A stretch of 64,000 bases of DNA, from NCBI RefSeq assembly GCF_030028105.1, contig NC_092382.1:53085764-53149763 (forward strand), in the 5' to 3' direction. This document shows, piece after piece, positions 61,291 to 64,000 of the stretch; position 1 is the first letter of the stretch, and the number at the start of each line of letters is the position of its first letter. The stretch is from Mobula birostris (Eukaryota). Both the position numbers and the translations under genes were made by a program. The notes beneath the pieces were generated by a model. That model searched no databases. It was given only the letters and a program-made list of their open reading frames with translations, and was not told the origin of the DNA.

Positions 61291-63129
61291 CCAGTGATGT
61301 AGTGGCATCCGCACTGGACTTCGGGGGAGGAATGATCCTGGATTAGAATCCAACCATCTTCTTCCAAAACAGACACAAATGCTGGAGAAACGCTCTCTCG
61401 GTCGACATCTCTCTCATAGGACACGAATGTATATATATTTTTTACTTCTTTTATGTCTGTTTTTTTTTTATCTTTAATGTGTTTCTGGGACAGGTAAAGG
61501 TTGTGATTTACAGCCTGGAGATGGTTTGAGTGATCCAGCGCTTTGCTGGCTCCGAGAAGATTCTGTGACAAGATCGCGCACACGGACGACCTCGATGAGG
61601 AGAAACTTTGAGTCGTGGCGGGAACCGCTGTTCGAGTCCGTATTGCCGTTTAACAAGTTGCCGTCCGGTGCGCCACAATATCGTTATTGTTTAACTGCAC
61701 TGCACTTTATCTCTTTATCTGAGGCAGTTATACTCGATTCTGCGTTCTGTTATTGATTTACCTTGTTCTACCGCAGTGCACAGTGTAGTGTTCTGATTGT
61801 TGTGTACGGTACTCAAGACAAGACTGTCACTGTCCCTCGGGACAGGTGTCAACAATAAACCAATCTTGCAAGGTACATCAAGGCGCATTGATCTTCTTGT
61901 CTGCCATTGCTGGTTTATTCCAGATTATTTAGAAGCTCGGGATTAATAGACTGTTATCCGCTACCCTCCCAGGTGTTTAAGCACATGTATCCCACTGCCT
62001 CACTGCCAGGACTGTGAGTGGTGACAGGAGTGGCTGACGAAACAAAGATCCTTCCTACAACACCTGAGCCTGAACCCCTAAACTTGAACCCCACAAGGGT
62101 AGTACACACGCTTCTTCCTGATGTGCTCCTTCCCTTCTCTAGTCTGCAGGTCACCCTTGGACAACGAGTAGCAGATGCTTAACCTACCCCACCCCCTCCA
62201 CCATGGGAGCATATCCCCAAAAAAGGGAGACAGCATGGTCTCCGTCGTCCATCCATCTTGATTGGTTCATCCTCATTCAATCAGTTTTCTGGTGCCCCAC
62301 CTTATTTACAATCAAATTCCAGACTTACTACCCCATTAAACATTTAATGACCATGCAGGAAGAGTTCAGTTTGATTTTAGAATAGATAGGTTAAAAGTGA
62401 ACAAAGGTATGCAAGTCAACAAAATGGTGAAGGCCTGTTTTTATTGACACGCCTGTCATTATTGGTTGGAGAAGGTCAACAGCAGCTCCATGAAACATTC
62501 CGGTTTCCACTTGGAATACAGTTGTGCAATTCCGATCTTCCTAAGGTGACTTTCAAAATATACAGGTAAGATTTACCGGGATGCTGCCTGTCCCAAGGTT
62601 TATAAACAGAGTTTAGAGTTTCAACAATCATGGGCTTTTATTGGAATGCTCGGGGCTGAGAGAAATCTTGATAGAACTTGATAAAATTATGGAGAAATTA
62701 TCATGTAGACCGGGGTTGCCAACTTTTTTTTTCTTAACAGTCAAAACCATTAACCAAGGAGTTCGTCATCATGCAGGGGATGGGAGGGGGAGTAGAAGAA
62801 GAGTGAGGCAAGTTTTTCTGTCGATTTTCCCCAGTAATCAATATCATCCTGTAACCCAAGACTATCCTACCGATGGACATGGCCACCATATATTATGTTA
62901 TCTGCAATCTGTTTAGATTGGTTCCCATTGTCATAAAGTTATCTGGAAACATTTGTGCATTATTCTGTGTCTTTACTACATTGACTTTCACAACGTAGAT
63001 AAATAAGCATAATGTCACACTGAAGTAAAATGGGAACATATGCCTTGTATCAACAGATGCAGAAACAATTACTGAAACAGATAAGAATGTCATGAATGCA
63101 TCTGTCCTTGCATTCCATCATTGACAACT

Positions 63130-63650
63130 TACTGGCCTTTGCAGAATGGAAGCACCTATGTACTTGAACAAAAAATCCTACAAAAAGTAAAGGACACAGC
63201 CTAATCAGTCAGCGATAAAGACCTCCCAGCTATTCTGCACATCTACATGAAGTGCTATGGCAGAAAAGCTGCCGCTGTCAACAGGAACACCTAACATCAA
63301 GGACAGGTTCAGAAACAGTTACCACCCTTCAACCATCAGGCTCTTGCACCAAAGGGGATAACTTTACTCAACTTCACCTCCTCCATCAGTGAAATGTTTC
63401 CTGAACCAATTGATACATTTTCAAGAGCTCTTCATCTCATGTTTTCAATATTCAGTACGTTTTTATTTATTATGATCATCTCTTCATTTTGTATTTACAC
63501 AGTTTGTTGTCTTCTGCACTCTGGTGAACACCTTAGTTGCGCGGTCTTTCATTGATTTGGTTATGATTGTTATTCTATTGATATGCAAGAAAGTAAATCT
63601 CAGGATTGTTTATGGTAACATATATGTGGTTTAATAATAGAATTTACTTT
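63130..63650 (+). mobile_element. Rex/Babar-like LINE 3' fragment
   Basis: caggttcagaaacagttaccacccttcaaccatcaggctcttg followed by an AT-rich UTR. Confidence 0.6.
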
Positions 63651-64000
63651 AAAATTGGAAAAAAAATAACTTGTTTATCAAAAAGATGTAGGAAATGCAG
63701 AAGAAAGACTGCATGGATAATTATGCATTTTTTACTTAGATTACCCCACTGTCCCAGATTCCCCACCACCATCCCCACCCCATCAATACATTGAATAGAA
63801 TAATACATTCATGACCATAATCCAGTATCTTCTGTATCAACTCTTTTCCATCTTCCTGCTTTCTCTGTTCTGTTTATCTTCTGCACTTAGACAGGACGTA
63901 TTTACAGGGTGTCTGCTCTATCAGCATCTCACGTATCTGTGGATCAGGGCAATTGATGATGAGAAATGGGTGAAGAAACATGGTTAATTTGCACTCGTAG

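Overview
Eukaryotic, repeat-dense vertebrate DNA, most likely a cartilaginous fish such as a ray or skate. That is an inference from the CR1/Rex/Penelope repeat mix, the style of the C2H2 zinc-finger gene and the GPR139-like receptor family. Host genes: (i) a minus-strand tandem C2H2 zinc-finger gene with 16 intact fingers, whose reading frame is ended by the first bases of an LTR; (ii) a cluster of two-exon GPR139-like class A GPCRs, with one intact gene (38711-38891 + 40087-40985), one young nonsense pseudogene (minus, 55254-53000), one exon-2 pseudogene fused to a Gypsy gag, and an intron remnant of a fourth copy. Mobile DNA: a Gmr1-type Gypsy element (gag with a SCAN-like capsid segment; PR-INT-RT order) inserted in sense orientation into the zinc-finger gene and carrying nested insertions (Harbinger MITE, solo LTR, L1/Hero chimera, Penelope end); a second canonical Gypsy; a Tf1/sushi-type self-priming Gypsy; an ERV fragment with a tRNA-Ser(GCU) PBS; many Penelope-like fragments with minimal hammerhead ribozyme motifs; and CR1 and Rex/Babar LINE fragments. 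A near-perfect 55 x 33-bp array (50397-52211) derives from the Penelope terminus next to the hammerhead cleavage site. Family assignments rest on motif recognition only; no database searches were run.
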